Shown here one piece after another: positions 1 to 12,429 of a stretch of DNA of 49,017 nucleotides. How positions within the stretch are numbered: the first letter of the stretch is position 1; each line of letters starts with the position of its first letter. Source of the stretch: Girardia tigrina. Lineage: Eukaryota. Where the stretch lies: contig MQRK01219238.1 of NCBI GenBank assembly GCA_001938485.1, forward strand, positions 1-49,017, in the 5' to 3' direction. The position numbers were made by a program, and so were the translations under genes. Below the pieces are notes generated by a model. That model was not told the origin of the DNA. It did no database searches and worked only from the letters and a program-made list of their open reading frames with translations.

Positions 1-600
1 CTACAAAGAATAAAGAATGTGTTTCAAAAAATCAAAGAATCAGGTTTGAGGATAAATCCAGAGAAATGTCAATTTCTAGTAGAAAAGACCAAGTTTTTTG
101 GCTACGTAATAAGTAAAGAGGATATATAAACTGATAAAACTAAGATTGATGCGATTGACAAGATTCAAAACCCATCATGTATTAAACATCTAAGGAGTTT
201 CTTGGGTTTGACAAATTATTACATGAAATTCATAAAATAATATGCAATGTATTCGAAAGTTTTAGAAGGCATTTGTGGTAAAAACAAGGATAAGATATGG
301 ACAAAAGAATGTAACGAAGCTTTTCAGAGATTAAAAGAAAGAATTGTTCAAACTCCAATCTTGGCGTATCCAGACTTCGACAATGAATTTATATTGGACA
401 CAGATGCAAGTTTCGATACGATTGGAGCAGTACTGTCACAAAAAGACTCGCGTGGAAGAGAAATAGTCATAGCATATGGTTCTCATAAGATGAATAAACA
501 TGAACTTTGTTATTGCATTACCAGAAAAGAATAACTTGCGATATATTATTTGACTCAGTATTTTAAGCATTTCCTATACGAAAAACCCTTTCTTCTTCCC
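1..600 (+). mobile_element. Ty3/Gypsy LTR-retrotransposon pol fragment (RT thumb/connection and RNase H), degenerate
   Basis: Frame 1 reads GLRINPEKCQF...LRSFLGLTNYY...FQRLKERIVQTPILAYPDFDNEFILDTDASFDTIGAVLSQ...YCITRKE*LAIYY...FKHFLY. In-frame stops at 127, 238 and 532. Confidence 0.92.
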
Positions 601-1281
601 GAACCAATTTTACTAAAAACGTTCAAGTTCTCATTGAAGTTTTTAATAACGTTAGAAACTGTTTTCTGAGTATTAAGAACATTTAAACAAGTCCCGTTTG
701 AATTTTTATTACAATCACATTTGAAGTCATTATGACTCTCAGAAAGTCTTTCATCGTTTGTCATCCTTCTAATTGGTTTTCTTATTTCTGTTTTTAATCA
801 TGATTATTTGAACAATTTTTCTAAATGATATTTTAAAATATTTAACCTCTAAAAAATATTAATCAAAAATAATAATTTTTACAATTTCTCAATAAATCCC
901 AAAATAATAAAAATGTCATCAAATTATTAAAAATGCATTTAATTTAAATTTTACTAAAAATTATTAAACTTAATTTTAATTTATGAAATTAAAAATATGA
1001 ACTTTTCAAATGATTATTTTAATTATGTTCGAATAATCAATGACTTTAAATTTAAATAAAAAATACCAATTTCCATCTGGGTGGGAGAATCACCATTCTA
1101 AGTTCAACATACTTAAATCAACATACAGCATCCATACATTTACACATTCAAACAATTTAAAATATTCCTCACACTGAGAAACCTTTACCTTTCTGGCAAT
1201 CGTTTACTGACTTGATTGTGAATTTTCTTGAAATAAACGAATAATTAATTCGCGACTTACTGTTTCTGACAACATATTCAT
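598..1281 (-). pseudogene. Intron-containing 5' fragment of a probable protein kinase gene, truncated at the Gly-rich loop (CDC7-like is tentative)
   Basis: Exons 1281-1261, 1226-1173, 1097-1067 and 787-~598 join in frame through canonical GT-AG introns of 34, 75 and 279 nt. There is one premature TAA in exon 2. The product ends ...NFNENLNVFSKIGSG, resembling kinase subdomain I. Confidence 0.55.
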
Positions 1282-3423
1282 GACAAATGAAATTTAAAAA
1301 TGAGTACTAAAATGAATTTTATTTTGATTTATTCAAACAACAGCCTACTTGATTAGTTTTTTTGTAATTTATGAATTTATGTTGGAGTTATAAAGATTTA
1401 AAGTTAGTAATATTTTTCGCAATCAGTCCTTAATTCGTTTTTTATATAACAAATAATTTTTTCTTTTAAAAAATTTTATTTTAAATGAAATGAGATAAAA
1501 ATGAATTGTTTGTGTGAGATATTATAAAATTAAATTTAAATTAATTAAATAAAATATTATATAATCAACAAATTTAGAATATTTATAAATTAGTATTATA
1601 TAAATATTACAGGATCGAGAACAAAGTTAACCTTTGACTCTCCTTTTATTTGGTATATAAATGATGTATGTGTGTTTGTAGTTTAGTTTTATTAAATATA
1701 TTTTAGTGCAGATCTTTTGTCTTCTAACAGTTTGATCAATAAAACTTTTTCGACTATTTTACTTGATGAGATGTTCGAGAATTCGTTTCGATGAAATGTT
1801 TTCTCTTTTATAAAATTATCAAATTTAAATTTTCCTATTAAAATTCGATATTTGATTTATACAAAGATTCGATTAATTGATTTGAAATGTCATCCGATTT
1901 TGATTGATCAAATAATTCTTGATCATATAACTCTTGAATCATGTTTGAGCCACCATGGGAGGTGATCTTTTGTCGGTCTGCCGGGCCTTGGAAATATAGA
2001 CAGTCACACAGTTGATAAAGAAAAGTTTAATCTTTGCCAACGTCCGAGAAACAACAAATGATCGGAGATTGCTAGATAGTATGTGTCTGTAATTTGAATC
2101 ATTTTTAGTTTGAAACTATTGGATTTTTATGAGATTTTTTCGCACTGATTAAAAATATTAAATATTTTTCAAAAATTAAGAGTTTAAATAAGTAAATTAA
2201 GAATTAAAATAAATAAAGCTATTATAGATATATATATAAAATGAGATTTCAAAAATATTTATGATTAAAAAAATCAAAAAAATAGATTTTAGCACACTAA
2301 AAAATGTTTTAAAAATGAAATATTTTTAATTTATGTCCCTCAATGTTTCGTTATAAAATACTATATGGACTAAGAAAATTAATTATTTTATTAAATAAAA
2401 TGGAACCGATTCAATCAAAGTTGTATGGGCTTCTATCAAAATGATCAAAGGCTTGAGGGCCAAATTTTTCTGGAATGTATCTTGGTCGAAGAGCGAGGAA
2501 ATAGTGTAATGTAAAACAAAGGCACTTATTAAAATAGTTGTGTAATAATATTATATTAATTTGCAAAATTGTTGTAAAAAATCAAAGATAATACAATTGT
2601 TACGATTTAATTAAAATAAATTTATATTAATTAATCACATAAGGACTCGACATGTGTTGGTATCAGAACCGGACGATATGAAACTGTGTACATAATTTTT
2701 GATTCAACATTACAAAAATGTTTGATGGAAAGCATATGGTAGATAAATAAATCCCAAATTTATCATTCACAGAGGAAATTTAATTGATTTTAGTCAAATA
2801 CTGAACAAATGTTACTGTTCCTGGAAAAATTGGTTAATCATCAGGTTTCTCACCGATTTTCTTCATATTGGGTTGGATATATAATAATTATCAATGTAAT
2901 TAATATATTGTAGTAACTTACCTTGCTGTATGATCCATTACATTATAGTTATATTTATTGTTCGGAATACAAGAATGTTATAAAAATTTTATAAGAATTT
3001 AAAATGAAATATACCAATTAAGATGTAGAAAATTTATTTAATATATAATTATTTGAAGATTGTAAAAAAAATTTTAAATTAATAAAATTTAACGAAACTA
3101 TTAAATAATTTTTGAAATTAATAAAATTTTTCGTGAGATTTAAAATTATAAAATTTGATAAAATTTAATTATTTGAGAATGCTAGTAGAGATTTTAAAAT
3201 TAATAAAATTTAGCCAAATTATTCAGTGTTTGATAGTTAGTGTACTTTAAAATTGGCAAATTTTATTGAAGGTAAAATTTTAATGATGTAACTGTGATAT
3301 TCTTCGTGTACTCGAGTGTGTGTGTGACAGTCTGTCGAATTGATCGGAGATTGGTTTTGTAAATTTTTTTTTGAAAATTACTTTTCATTATTCAATTGTT
3401 TAAATCGAGTATTTATTATAAAA

Positions 3424-3434
3424 TTGGCGCGAAA
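3424..3434 (-). promoter_or_regulatory. E2F-type motif (TTTCGCGCCAA) upstream of the chimeric ORF
   Basis: Exact match to the E2F consensus in otherwise very AT-rich DNA, about 160 bp before the ATG at 3595. Function untested. Confidence 0.35.
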
Positions 3435-3705
3435 TTTTTGTAATTAATTCGAAAGAAAGTCGCTATTGATTGTTTTTTTTGTTGAAACTAATAAAATTTT
3501 GTCCATTTCGGATCTTTCTTTTAATTCAAATGAAAGTGTTTTTCGAATTGCGAAAATTTTGAAGAAACGCAGTTTGGATGGTTATGTGTTTGAGATGGGA
3601 ATCGAAGATATCGGTTGCAAGTCGCCATCGTCCGGAAAACTGAAACATGTGTTCAAAAGACTCGGTGATTCGTTCGACTTAGATACGGAAGATCTTGAAC
3701 AAATA

Positions 3706-3843
3706 TTGAAATGCGGAATCGTGAATTCCAAAGATTCATGGCACAGTGGATCTAATCAGAGTTGTTGGGTCTATGTTAGCGGATTGGGATATGAATATTC
3801 CGAGGGCGATGTCACTTGTGTTTTTTCTCAATATGGAGAGATC
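3706..3843 (+). pseudogene. RBMX2: RBMX2/Snu17(Ist3) N-terminal RRM fragment embedded in a chimeric ORF (3466-4092)
   Basis: [46 protein letters not shown] matches the RBMX2 pattern [36 protein letters not shown]. Similarity stops before RNP1. Confidence 0.8.
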
Positions 3844-3981
3844 GACATTGACGGAATTTTGACGAGTTGCTTTAAGATTATGGAGAATGAGTGTTTGTCG
3901 CAGTTGTTTGAAACGGAGGACGGAGCTGGAACGGCGAGTCGCAGAGATCTGGCAATCGAGATTTATGAGTCAGGTAGCGAG

Positions 3982-4392
3982 GGTGATGGTAGTGAGTTTC
4001 GATCCTTTTCCCCCTGCGTCCGCAGTTCACCCCCAAGCGCCGATGCGCCGCAGCCACAAGTCCGCTGCGCCCGTTCTGTTTCCACCAGTTAAGGCTAGAG
4101 TTAGGTTAAGGTTAGGGTTAGGGTTTTCAAAGAAAAATAATAAAAATTAATTGCAGTGGAAATTTCAGAATGTTGTTTAAATAATCAGAATTCTGTAAGC
4201 GGTTCGAAACTCTTGTGATATAAATTAATTGTTATTTTAGATATTCTCATTGGTGCGAGCGCGAACGCAGCGATATTGGGGCTGCGGCACTCTGGTTGGC
4301 GATGCGAGAGCGAGCGCAGCATTGTGGCCGCGGCGGGTTGGCGCTGGGGGGTGGACTGCGGGACGCGGGGGGCTAAAATTCACTATCTCACC
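3982..4392. mobile_element. GC-rich foldback/MITE-like element with ~100-bp imperfect inverted arms and internal TTAGG(G) repeats
   Basis: The left arm ggtgatggtagtgagttt...cccctgcgtccgcagttcacccccaagcgcc mirrors the reverse complement of the right arm ggtgagatagtgaatttt...ccccgcgtcccgcagtccaccccccagcgcc. A gttaggttaaggttagggttagggtt run lies at about 4099-4125. No TSD found. Confidence 0.65.
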
Positions 4393-6160
4393 GGCGTCTG
4401 GTGAGCCCCAACGTCTCTTGTCCAATATTCTCATCATTATCGTTAGCCGATCATTTTTCAAGGCAATTTCGTTCATATTTTTGTTATAAATGTTCCATTT
4501 GAATTGATTGAGACAGATAATAGAGTATTCGTTATCATTATCGACATTATTTTGCTATAATTCGCATACTTTCTTGATCAGAATTTTAATGATGAAAATT
4601 GTCAATTCCAAAATGATTAGAAAAATTTGAATAAGCGACTTCGGATTGGGAAATAAATACAAATCATATTTTGAATTGACTGGTTCTAATAACAGTGAGA
4701 AATCGGTCCTCGAATTTTGAATTTCTTTGGAAAGCAATTCCCGTGAATTATCGACGACCAAATTTGTTGGTTGTTTTTGTAAAAAAGATGATCCATTCGA
4801 TTCAATCCCACAAAACGAAATAACTTCTTCGATGGTTGAGAAACTTTTCCGTATAATTTATTTGAAAATTTTAAATAACAAGACAAACATAAAACCTCGC
4901 GCCAAAATTTTATTTATATATTAATCGATTTAAACAAATCGATTTTTACAATTTTATTATTAAATTTTTTAACAAACAAGATCGATTTTTGTTCGACATA
5001 ATAATAAAAAATACAGTTTTTTTTTAATTTCAATATTTTACCCGTTTAAACTTAGAATTAGAATTAATTTCTTTTTTAAAGATAAAGCAAGAATAAAGCT
5101 TTGAAAACAGTTAAAATAAATATGGAATTAATCTCAAAAAGACCACATTAATTTAACTCCAGATTCGATTTTTTGATAGTTTGGGATAAATTGTAGACTT
5201 CTGTTCGAATATTCAAATAAAAATTATGAGATTGTTCATTATTTCGATTGCGGTTGGATTTCTTTTGTTCTGTAGCGGCGTTCGATTTCTCCATTTTCAA
5301 TTGATCAGAAATTTTGATTATCGAAAGGTTTGTTATTGGTGGAAATTCAATTTGTTTTCGTATATCGTTGGATTGGCTTTGTTTGTTCTTTTTTTTAAAT
5401 AGTTAACGTTCGATATTAGATATTTTCTTTTTCAATTTCTCATTTTTCAGGAATTTTTGAAATATAATTTTTGGGGTTAACTTCCATATGGGCCCCCCAA
5501 ATGTGAATCGAACATTCTCCCCCCTTCTGATCACTTGTGGTCAAATTCATACTTAATCATTCACAACAGTCCATTTCAATTTTTTGCTATTAGCAAAGTC
5601 ATACCAGGAACTCAAACATTTAAAAAACTAATTAAATTAAAATAAAAAAACATTTTTATGATACCCTTTAAAGAGAATACCATTAAATATTTCTTTAAAG
5701 TTGTCTTAAATACAGGAATAGTTTCCCTGCATAATGTATTCGATCAGCATTTAAATGTCAGAATGCCTGGGGCTATTAAACTAAAATACGTCATTCAGGT
5801 ACTGTAATACTAAATAATCGTCAAGTTGAAATAAAAAAATAAGAAACTTTCGGTGATATGCAATCGAATTTGGGTTTTCTTTCTTTTGAAAGAAATTATG
5901 GGAAATATCAGTGATGACCACCAACTAGCTGTTCCCACTCCTGTCAGAGATTTGAAACAAAAATATAACTATTAACTGTATTAATAACGGATCGATTATA
6001 ATCCGAGTGTACTCTGTAAGTACAGTTTTGAGAATCAATATTGTCAAGTCACTGTCACACATTAATTAAAAAAAGGTCAAAGAAAAGCCACCTAAACACT
6101 AAAATCATTAATTAAATAAAAATTACCCAAAATTAACCAAGATAATTTAAATTTCTTATA

Positions 6161-7789
6161 CTACCCAAATTCATATGTATTCGGACACGTAAAATAATTC
6201 TTATTAAAAATTTTAAATTATAAATAATATATACTTATTTGTATTATAGATGAATTAATTTGATATTTTACGATAATATAAATACAATTCTAAAATAATT
6301 TGAAGAAATCAAATAAAAAGGTTAACTAATAAAAATTTTATTCGCATTTAAAAATGTGTTCTCAAATTCAAAAGAATTCTGGCACTTAATAAAAATTATA
6401 ATATAAATGTAGGCAATGAATTATTTTAAATTCAATATGGATTATTAGTAAAAACACATGTAGTTATTATTGTTTAAATATTTCAGTCGATTAAATTTTC
6501 GTTATTTTTAAAATATGGTTCGTGGATAAAAGATGCATACGGAAATGTGTGAGAAAATATTTGCCATGTATGTTAAAGGAAAATCAGTAAAGGAAATTTC
6601 AAAAATTTTAGAGATAAGTAAATCGACGGTGTTCGATAACATTAAAAAAGCTAAATACCGTCAGAATAACTCATCGCCAAACAAATCTGGACGACCAAAG
6701 TTGACTTCCGCTACTGATAACCAGTGTTTGAAGAGGTTAATTCCTCAATATCGTCGTGCTACTGTTCAAGAAATCAACAAAAAATGGAGTATGCAAACAG
6801 GCATTTCTTCTTCTCCGTCTACTTGTCTACGTCGAATACATGAATTAAATTATTCATTCTACAAGGTAAGATTTTCTTAATGAAATATAAGCATTGTGTC
6901 TTTAAGGTTAAAACCAAACCGTTTCTGTGACCTTTTCAAAAGAAAAAGAGACTTGAATGGGTTCTTATCATAGTAAATGGAGCAAAAATGATTGGAATAA
7001 AGTTATTTTTCAGAGGAATCTCGTTTTGAATGTCTATGGGCGAAAATGGAAAATCGGTTTTAAGACTTAGTACCGAGTCATTATTATCGGACTGTTTAAA
7101 CCCAACTCTGAAATTTCCAGAAAGTGTAATGATTTTGGATTGTATGACAAGTAAAGGACTTGGCAGTCTTCACTTTATAGAGGGCACAATGAACTCTACA
7201 AAGGATACCGAGATATTAAGGGAAAGTCTCATCCCATCTATTACACAATATTTTGACAATGGAGATTTCATTTTTCAACAAGATGGAGCATCTTATCATA
7301 CTTCTAAATTTACAAAAACTTGGATGATGAAAAATAATATGTCCTTCTGGATATTGCCTTCAGGAAGCCCAGATTTAAGTCCAATAGAGAATGTTTGGGC
7401 AATTATGAAAAAGGAATTACGAAAAAACGTCCTAAAAAAATAAAATTGATTTGAAGAATAAAATTTTAGAGATATGGAATAGTTTTCCAATTGATAAATG
7501 TCAGGATTTATACAATTCAATGAATAGAAGAATGGAAGATGGTTACAAGATTTTTAATAGTAGGTGTCCGAATTATTTTGAATTTGAGAACAAATTTTTA
7601 AATGCGAATAAAATTTTTATTAGTTAATTTTTTTATTTGATTTCTTCAAATTATTTTAGAATTTAAATTTAGATTATCATAAAATATCAAATTAATTCAT
7701 CTATAATACAAATAAGTATATATTATTTATAATTTAAAAATTTTAATAAGAATTATTTTACGTGTCCGAATACACATGAATTTGGGTAG
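6161..7789 (+). mobile_element. Tc1-family (DD34E) DNA transposon, full length, IR/DR-type ~230-bp TIRs, inactivated transposase with an intron
   Basis: TA TSD at 6159-6160 and 7790-7791. TIRs start CTACCCAAATTCAT and carry an inner repeat of the terminal motif. The HTH exon starts at ATG 6515, followed by a 41-nt GT-AG intron at 6866-6906. Catalytic motifs read FSEESRF (first D mutated), QQDGA, then 34 aa to SPIE. Contains stops and frameshifts. Confidence 0.93.
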
Positions 7790-8093
7790 TATTTCATTGT
7801 TATTACTCTGAGGAGTTAGTTAATTTTCTTTTCATTAACAAATTGTAATTATTTAAAAATAATTAAAAATTTTAACATAATTTTAACTTTTTTTAATTAA
7901 ATTTTGATTTCAAGATTAATATAACTGAAATAGATTATATTTTAAAGTAAATAATTTCTCGAAATAATAAATTTCATCTATAATAAATATTTAATATGGT
8001 AAAAAAAATTTTTTCCTAAATTTTAAAATTAATATTATTTTAAAATAAATTGAATCAATTTTAAATAAGAAAATATTTTAAATATTTTGAAAA

Positions 8094-8590
8094 GTGTGAG
8101 GAATATTTTAAACTGTTTGAATGTGTAAATGTATTGATGATGTATGTTGATTTAACTATGTTGAACTTGGAATGGTGATTCTCCCATCCAGATGGAAATT
8201 AGTAATTTTTTTTAAATTTAAAGTGATTGACTATTCGAACAAAATTAAAATAATAATTTGATATGTTTAAATGTTTTAAATTAATAATTAAAATTAAGTT
8301 TAAAATGTTTTCATAAAATTTAAATTAAATTCATTTTCAAGAATTTAATAACATTTTAATATTTTGGGTTTTTATTGAGAAATAGTTTAAATTGTTATTT
8401 TTAATTAATATTTTTAAAAATTAAATATTTTAAAAAGATTTTGAAAATTTGTTCGAATAATCATGATTAAAAATAGAAATAATAAAACCAATTAGAACGA
8501 TGCCAAAAGATAAAAGGTCTTCTGAGAGTTGTAATGATTCTAAATGTGATAGTAATAAAAATTCAAATGAGACTTGTCTCAATGTTTTTA
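8094..8590 (+). repeat. Diverged inverted copy of 670-1175 (intron 2, exon 3, intron 3 and part of exon 4 of the kinase-like fragment)
   Basis: gtgtgaggaatattttaaactgtttgaatgtgtaaatg...aatggtgattctcccatccagatggaaatt...ccaattagaacgatgccaaaagataaaaggtcttctgagag aligns by eye with the reverse complement of 670-1175. Confidence 0.85.
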
Positions 8591-8649
8591 ATAAAAAGAA
8601 TTGTTTATTTTTAAAATGTGTATTATTTTAGAATAAATTTTAATTGATT

Positions 8650-10120
8650 TAGACATTATTTTTGAGATGCGAAATTAATTTCGCTTTATAATTAAATTTG
8701 CTAATATTTAATAATTTATGAATTACTGAATTATTTTTTTTAGTTTCTTCTTTAATGAATAAAAAATTACTATATATTATTAATAACTTTTAAAAATTAA
8801 TTTGCAATAGAATTAATTGCATTTAATTTTAATTTAAGAAAATCTGCCAAATATATATTTTTACTAGATTCAATAAATATTTTTTATTTAGTAAAAATGA
8901 ACCAAAAACCTTAAGATATACTATAAAATATATTAAAGTCAAAATATACTAAGAATATACTAATCAGAATATACGTCAGAATAAACGTATTCGTATTGCT
9001 ATATTGATAGGTCGAAGGCAGTTATATTGAGCTGATTGCATAAAAACTGCAAAAACTCTCCGTTTATTAATGCAATTTTCAACTCTTGATAGAAGTTTGA
9101 GAGAAGATTTAGATCACTTTGTCTTGTGGTTTGTAAGTTATTAAGTTATCATTTTAGTTGAAAAAAGTGCTGCGATAGTTTTTTCATTGATGATTCGAGC
9201 TTTGAAATGAGTTTTCAGTAACTCATTTGCCTCGATGGCTTCAACATACATAGATACAGTTTCAGAAATATTTTGGTAGCAGTGATTCTTTTTCAACAGC
9301 ATGCCGCTGGCCTCCATTGGATAAGAGATTCTTGACGAAACTTCATTTGGATGATTATTTGAAATATTATCGAAAATATCCCTTGAGCTACACGAAGAAG
9401 TCTCTGAATCGTTTTTAAGTAGGATTTTGAACTTCCTCGTTTGTTCATTGTGAGCTTCAGTGGAGTGTATTTCTTCAGCATTATTTTTCATGTATAGATG
9501 CAGTAGATTTTCACGATATGTGTGGATACATTTGGCACCTTAGAGCAATTTTTGAGAGGTAGGCCTTATTCTTGTAGTACAAGTGCCCCCAACTTTATAT
9601 AGATTTGATCCTTTTCGCAGGGCCTCGACAATTTCATACACTACAAAAATATAGTAACTTTTTTATTCACCAAAGAATAAAGTTAGTTTTATATTTTCTT
9701 GTAATAAAATGTTTCTTTAATGTTTAAATAAAGTTAAAACAAAGTTAAATTACATACTAAATTAAAAAAAAAGATTTAAAATAATTTAATAATTCATATA
9801 TAATCAATCATTTGCAAAATAAGTCCAAATACAAAATTGAAAATTATAAGACAAATTAATTCTCACACGAAATTAATTATAATAATTTAAAATTATTAAA
9901 ATATTGTATGTTTTCATTAAAGAAGAAACTTAATTTAATATTTTCTTATAATAAAATGTTTTTCTCAATGTTTTAAATAAAACAAAGTTAAATTGCATGC
10001 TAAATTTAAAAAAAATATTAGAAATAGTTCAATAATTCATAAATAACTAATTATTAGAGAAATTAGTCAAAAAACAAAATTGAAAATTATTAGAGAAATT
10101 AATTCCAACGCGAAATCAAT
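8650..10120 (-). mobile_element. Degenerate Mutator (MULE)-like element: transposase linker fragment 9141-9491 between related AT-rich inverted/tandem repeats
   Basis: HSTEAHNEQTRKFKILLKNDSETSSCSSRDIFDNIS...IAALFST resembles the region between FLYWCH and DDE in animal MULEs. agtttcttctttaatgaa (~8742) recurs inverted at ~9913. A ~245-bp diverged tandem duplication spans 9690-10120. Confidence 0.45.
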
Positions 10121-10306
10121 TCTGCTATCTTATTTTTAAGTTTCAGTTTTGAGAAATTTAATCATAATTTGAATGTTTAGATAAATGTTAGCGAATTGAA
10201 TATAAAAAAATTTGAAATTTAGTTCGAATTGGTTTGAAATAAAAATTTTGTGCTAATATAAACGAATTTGATTTTGAATATCGAAAACGATATTAACGCT
10301 ACTAAC

Positions 10307-10650
10307 ATGGCGACTCACACTACAATTGATATTTTCACGAATCAACTTTTACCTAAAAATTCAGGAGACGTTTATTTAAGAATGCGAGACATTCTTTAAT
10401 TTTACGAGAATTGCAAAATCCAAACAGGAGATCATTATCTCTGGTGTTGGATATAGATTGGAAAGATAAGTTTAAAGCGGTCTATAAGACAATAGACGGT
10501 TACCAAGATCGATTACGAAAAGCGATTGTTTGGTCATCATACTTATTTAAATACCTGACTGAGTCGTGTCGGTACAGAATAAAGGACGGCATACAGAAAA
10601 TCTTCGTTAAAAAAATAGAAAATTTTGCAGAGGACTTTAAAATGGATAGA
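10307..10650 (+). mobile_element. Probable degenerate Gypsy gag N-terminal fragment
   Basis: Begins CA|TGGCGAC (LTR-end/PBS-like). A frameshifted reading gives GDVYLR/ECETFFNF...DKFKAVYKTIDGYQDRLRKA...FVKKIENF. Recognised by resemblance only. Confidence 0.35.
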
Positions 10651-12429
10651 GGAGAAAAAAGAGAAAATAAAAGGAGTCCACGAAGTAAAAAATGTGACAG
10701 AAGACGTGAATGTGGTAAGAGACAATGGGATGCTAAACAGATACCGGAACTATTGAGACGCAATGATAAAAAACAAATAATATTTTTGATTTAAGTTTCA
10801 TAAATTTAAAATTGCTAAATGTCAAAGTTGCATCAATATTGCATCTATTATTTATATCTACCGATCTTGCTTAATTATTAAAGTTTATTTTCGAATATTT
10901 ATTTAAGACATCTATGGTGTTAAATCTATATGAAAAAGAAATAGCAAGTATTCACAAATATGTATTTTAAATAAACTATGTTGATAAGAGAGCCTGTGCA
11001 GCGTGGCTGTGGCACCCTGTAGTCAATGGGTGGTGGTGGGGTCAAGGGGGGAATTTATTAATCCAACCTCTTCCGGTAGAATTTCCACTCGTATGTCGTC
11101 GTATAGTATTTTATTGTCCATGAAGGTGATAGATGAAGACAATATATGATCCATGAAGACTTACGGACAACGACTGACTTTCGGAAACGAATCATCACCC
11201 GCGAACATCAGAGAAGCCTCAGACTGCGTCTCGAAATCAGCGCACAAAACCCCCAGCGTACCGAGCCGTCTTTCTCCGACCACAGAGCGACCGTGCATCT
11301 CAACAGCGACTCGAGAATGTCGCATCTCGCCACTGAGATGGTGGTCAAGTGATTGAGCGCCCGCACGTTCCTCCACGGTCTCGACATATTATTGGCCTTA
11401 ACGCAATCTCATGCTCCGATTTGACCTTGATAAACGCATAGAAACGCATGAAGTTGTTAATAAGATGAAGGAAGGTGAAGTGTGCTGAATTCAATCAAGC
11501 ATAGAATTGCATTCTAATGTTCTTTATGAAGAGAAGGTTGACCTCTTCCAGTTTGCTTTTGTCATATCTCTTCCTGAATTGTATTCCAATCAGATCAGTT
11601 ATCTGGAATAAATTCGAAAATTTCTAAAGAAATCCTTCAGAGTCAATGCGAATCTTGTATGCTGAGATTGTTGAGGTTCGATTTTGAACGTGAGCAAAGA
11701 TCATCGGAATCTGAAACGTAGTTCCACAGCAGAGATCGATATGAGTCGGTTATTTCGAGAAAATCATAGAATTCCAACGGGAAAATAATCATTCCAATAA
11801 AAAACCTATTTATTTCAACAACGCATCCACAGAACACAGTGGAAATCGTTCACATATCAATTGTTCTTTATTAACTTTGCGGAAATTGTTTTCTCTATCA
11901 ATCTCGAGTGGACCTTGTTTGTTTCTAGTGTATGTTTTTTACTTTTTTTGATAGTTGCGAAGAGAAGTTTGAATTGATTTGTTAATTTTTTCATTCAAAA
12001 GAACAGTTGTAATATTTATTAAGTAGTGAAAATAATTTTTACTTAAAAAATAATAATTAAATAAAAAAAATAATTAATAAAATAAAAAATATAATTTCTA
12101 AATGGAATTTACAAAAATTATAAATGAAATATCACAGCAGAGTGGTTCTGAATAGTAAAAAAATGTAAGACCGACTGCTTCTGATTGACCGAATTTTTTT
12201 ATAAAATCGACTGAATCGATTCAAACTTTTTTCATTTGTTTCGTTTTGTTTAGTCGAACTAATTTGGATTGTATTGGCGCCAACCTTATTTTGAATTGAT
12301 ATCGAAAGTCGCCATTAAAAATTGTTTGCGAGAAAAATTAATTGTTTTGTATGCAAGTTCGAATTTTTATTTGTTCTGTCGTGAAGAATCGCCATTTTTT
12401 TGAATATTGAATTGTTTTTGAATCGAATA

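Noticed and set aside
1067-1175. In-frame TGA shared by both copies (CEEYFKLF...LEW*FSHP), suggesting selenocysteine or readthrough
   Set aside because: Better explained as a 75-nt intron plus a 31-nt exon read in another frame.
4099-4125. TTAGGG run as a true telomere or chromosome-healing site
   Set aside because: Only a few imperfect units, located inside an inverted-repeat element.
10307-10400. LLPKNSGDVY as a Crypton tyrosine-recombinase N-terminus
   Set aside because: No recombinase motifs follow, and the downstream sequence fits a decayed gag better.
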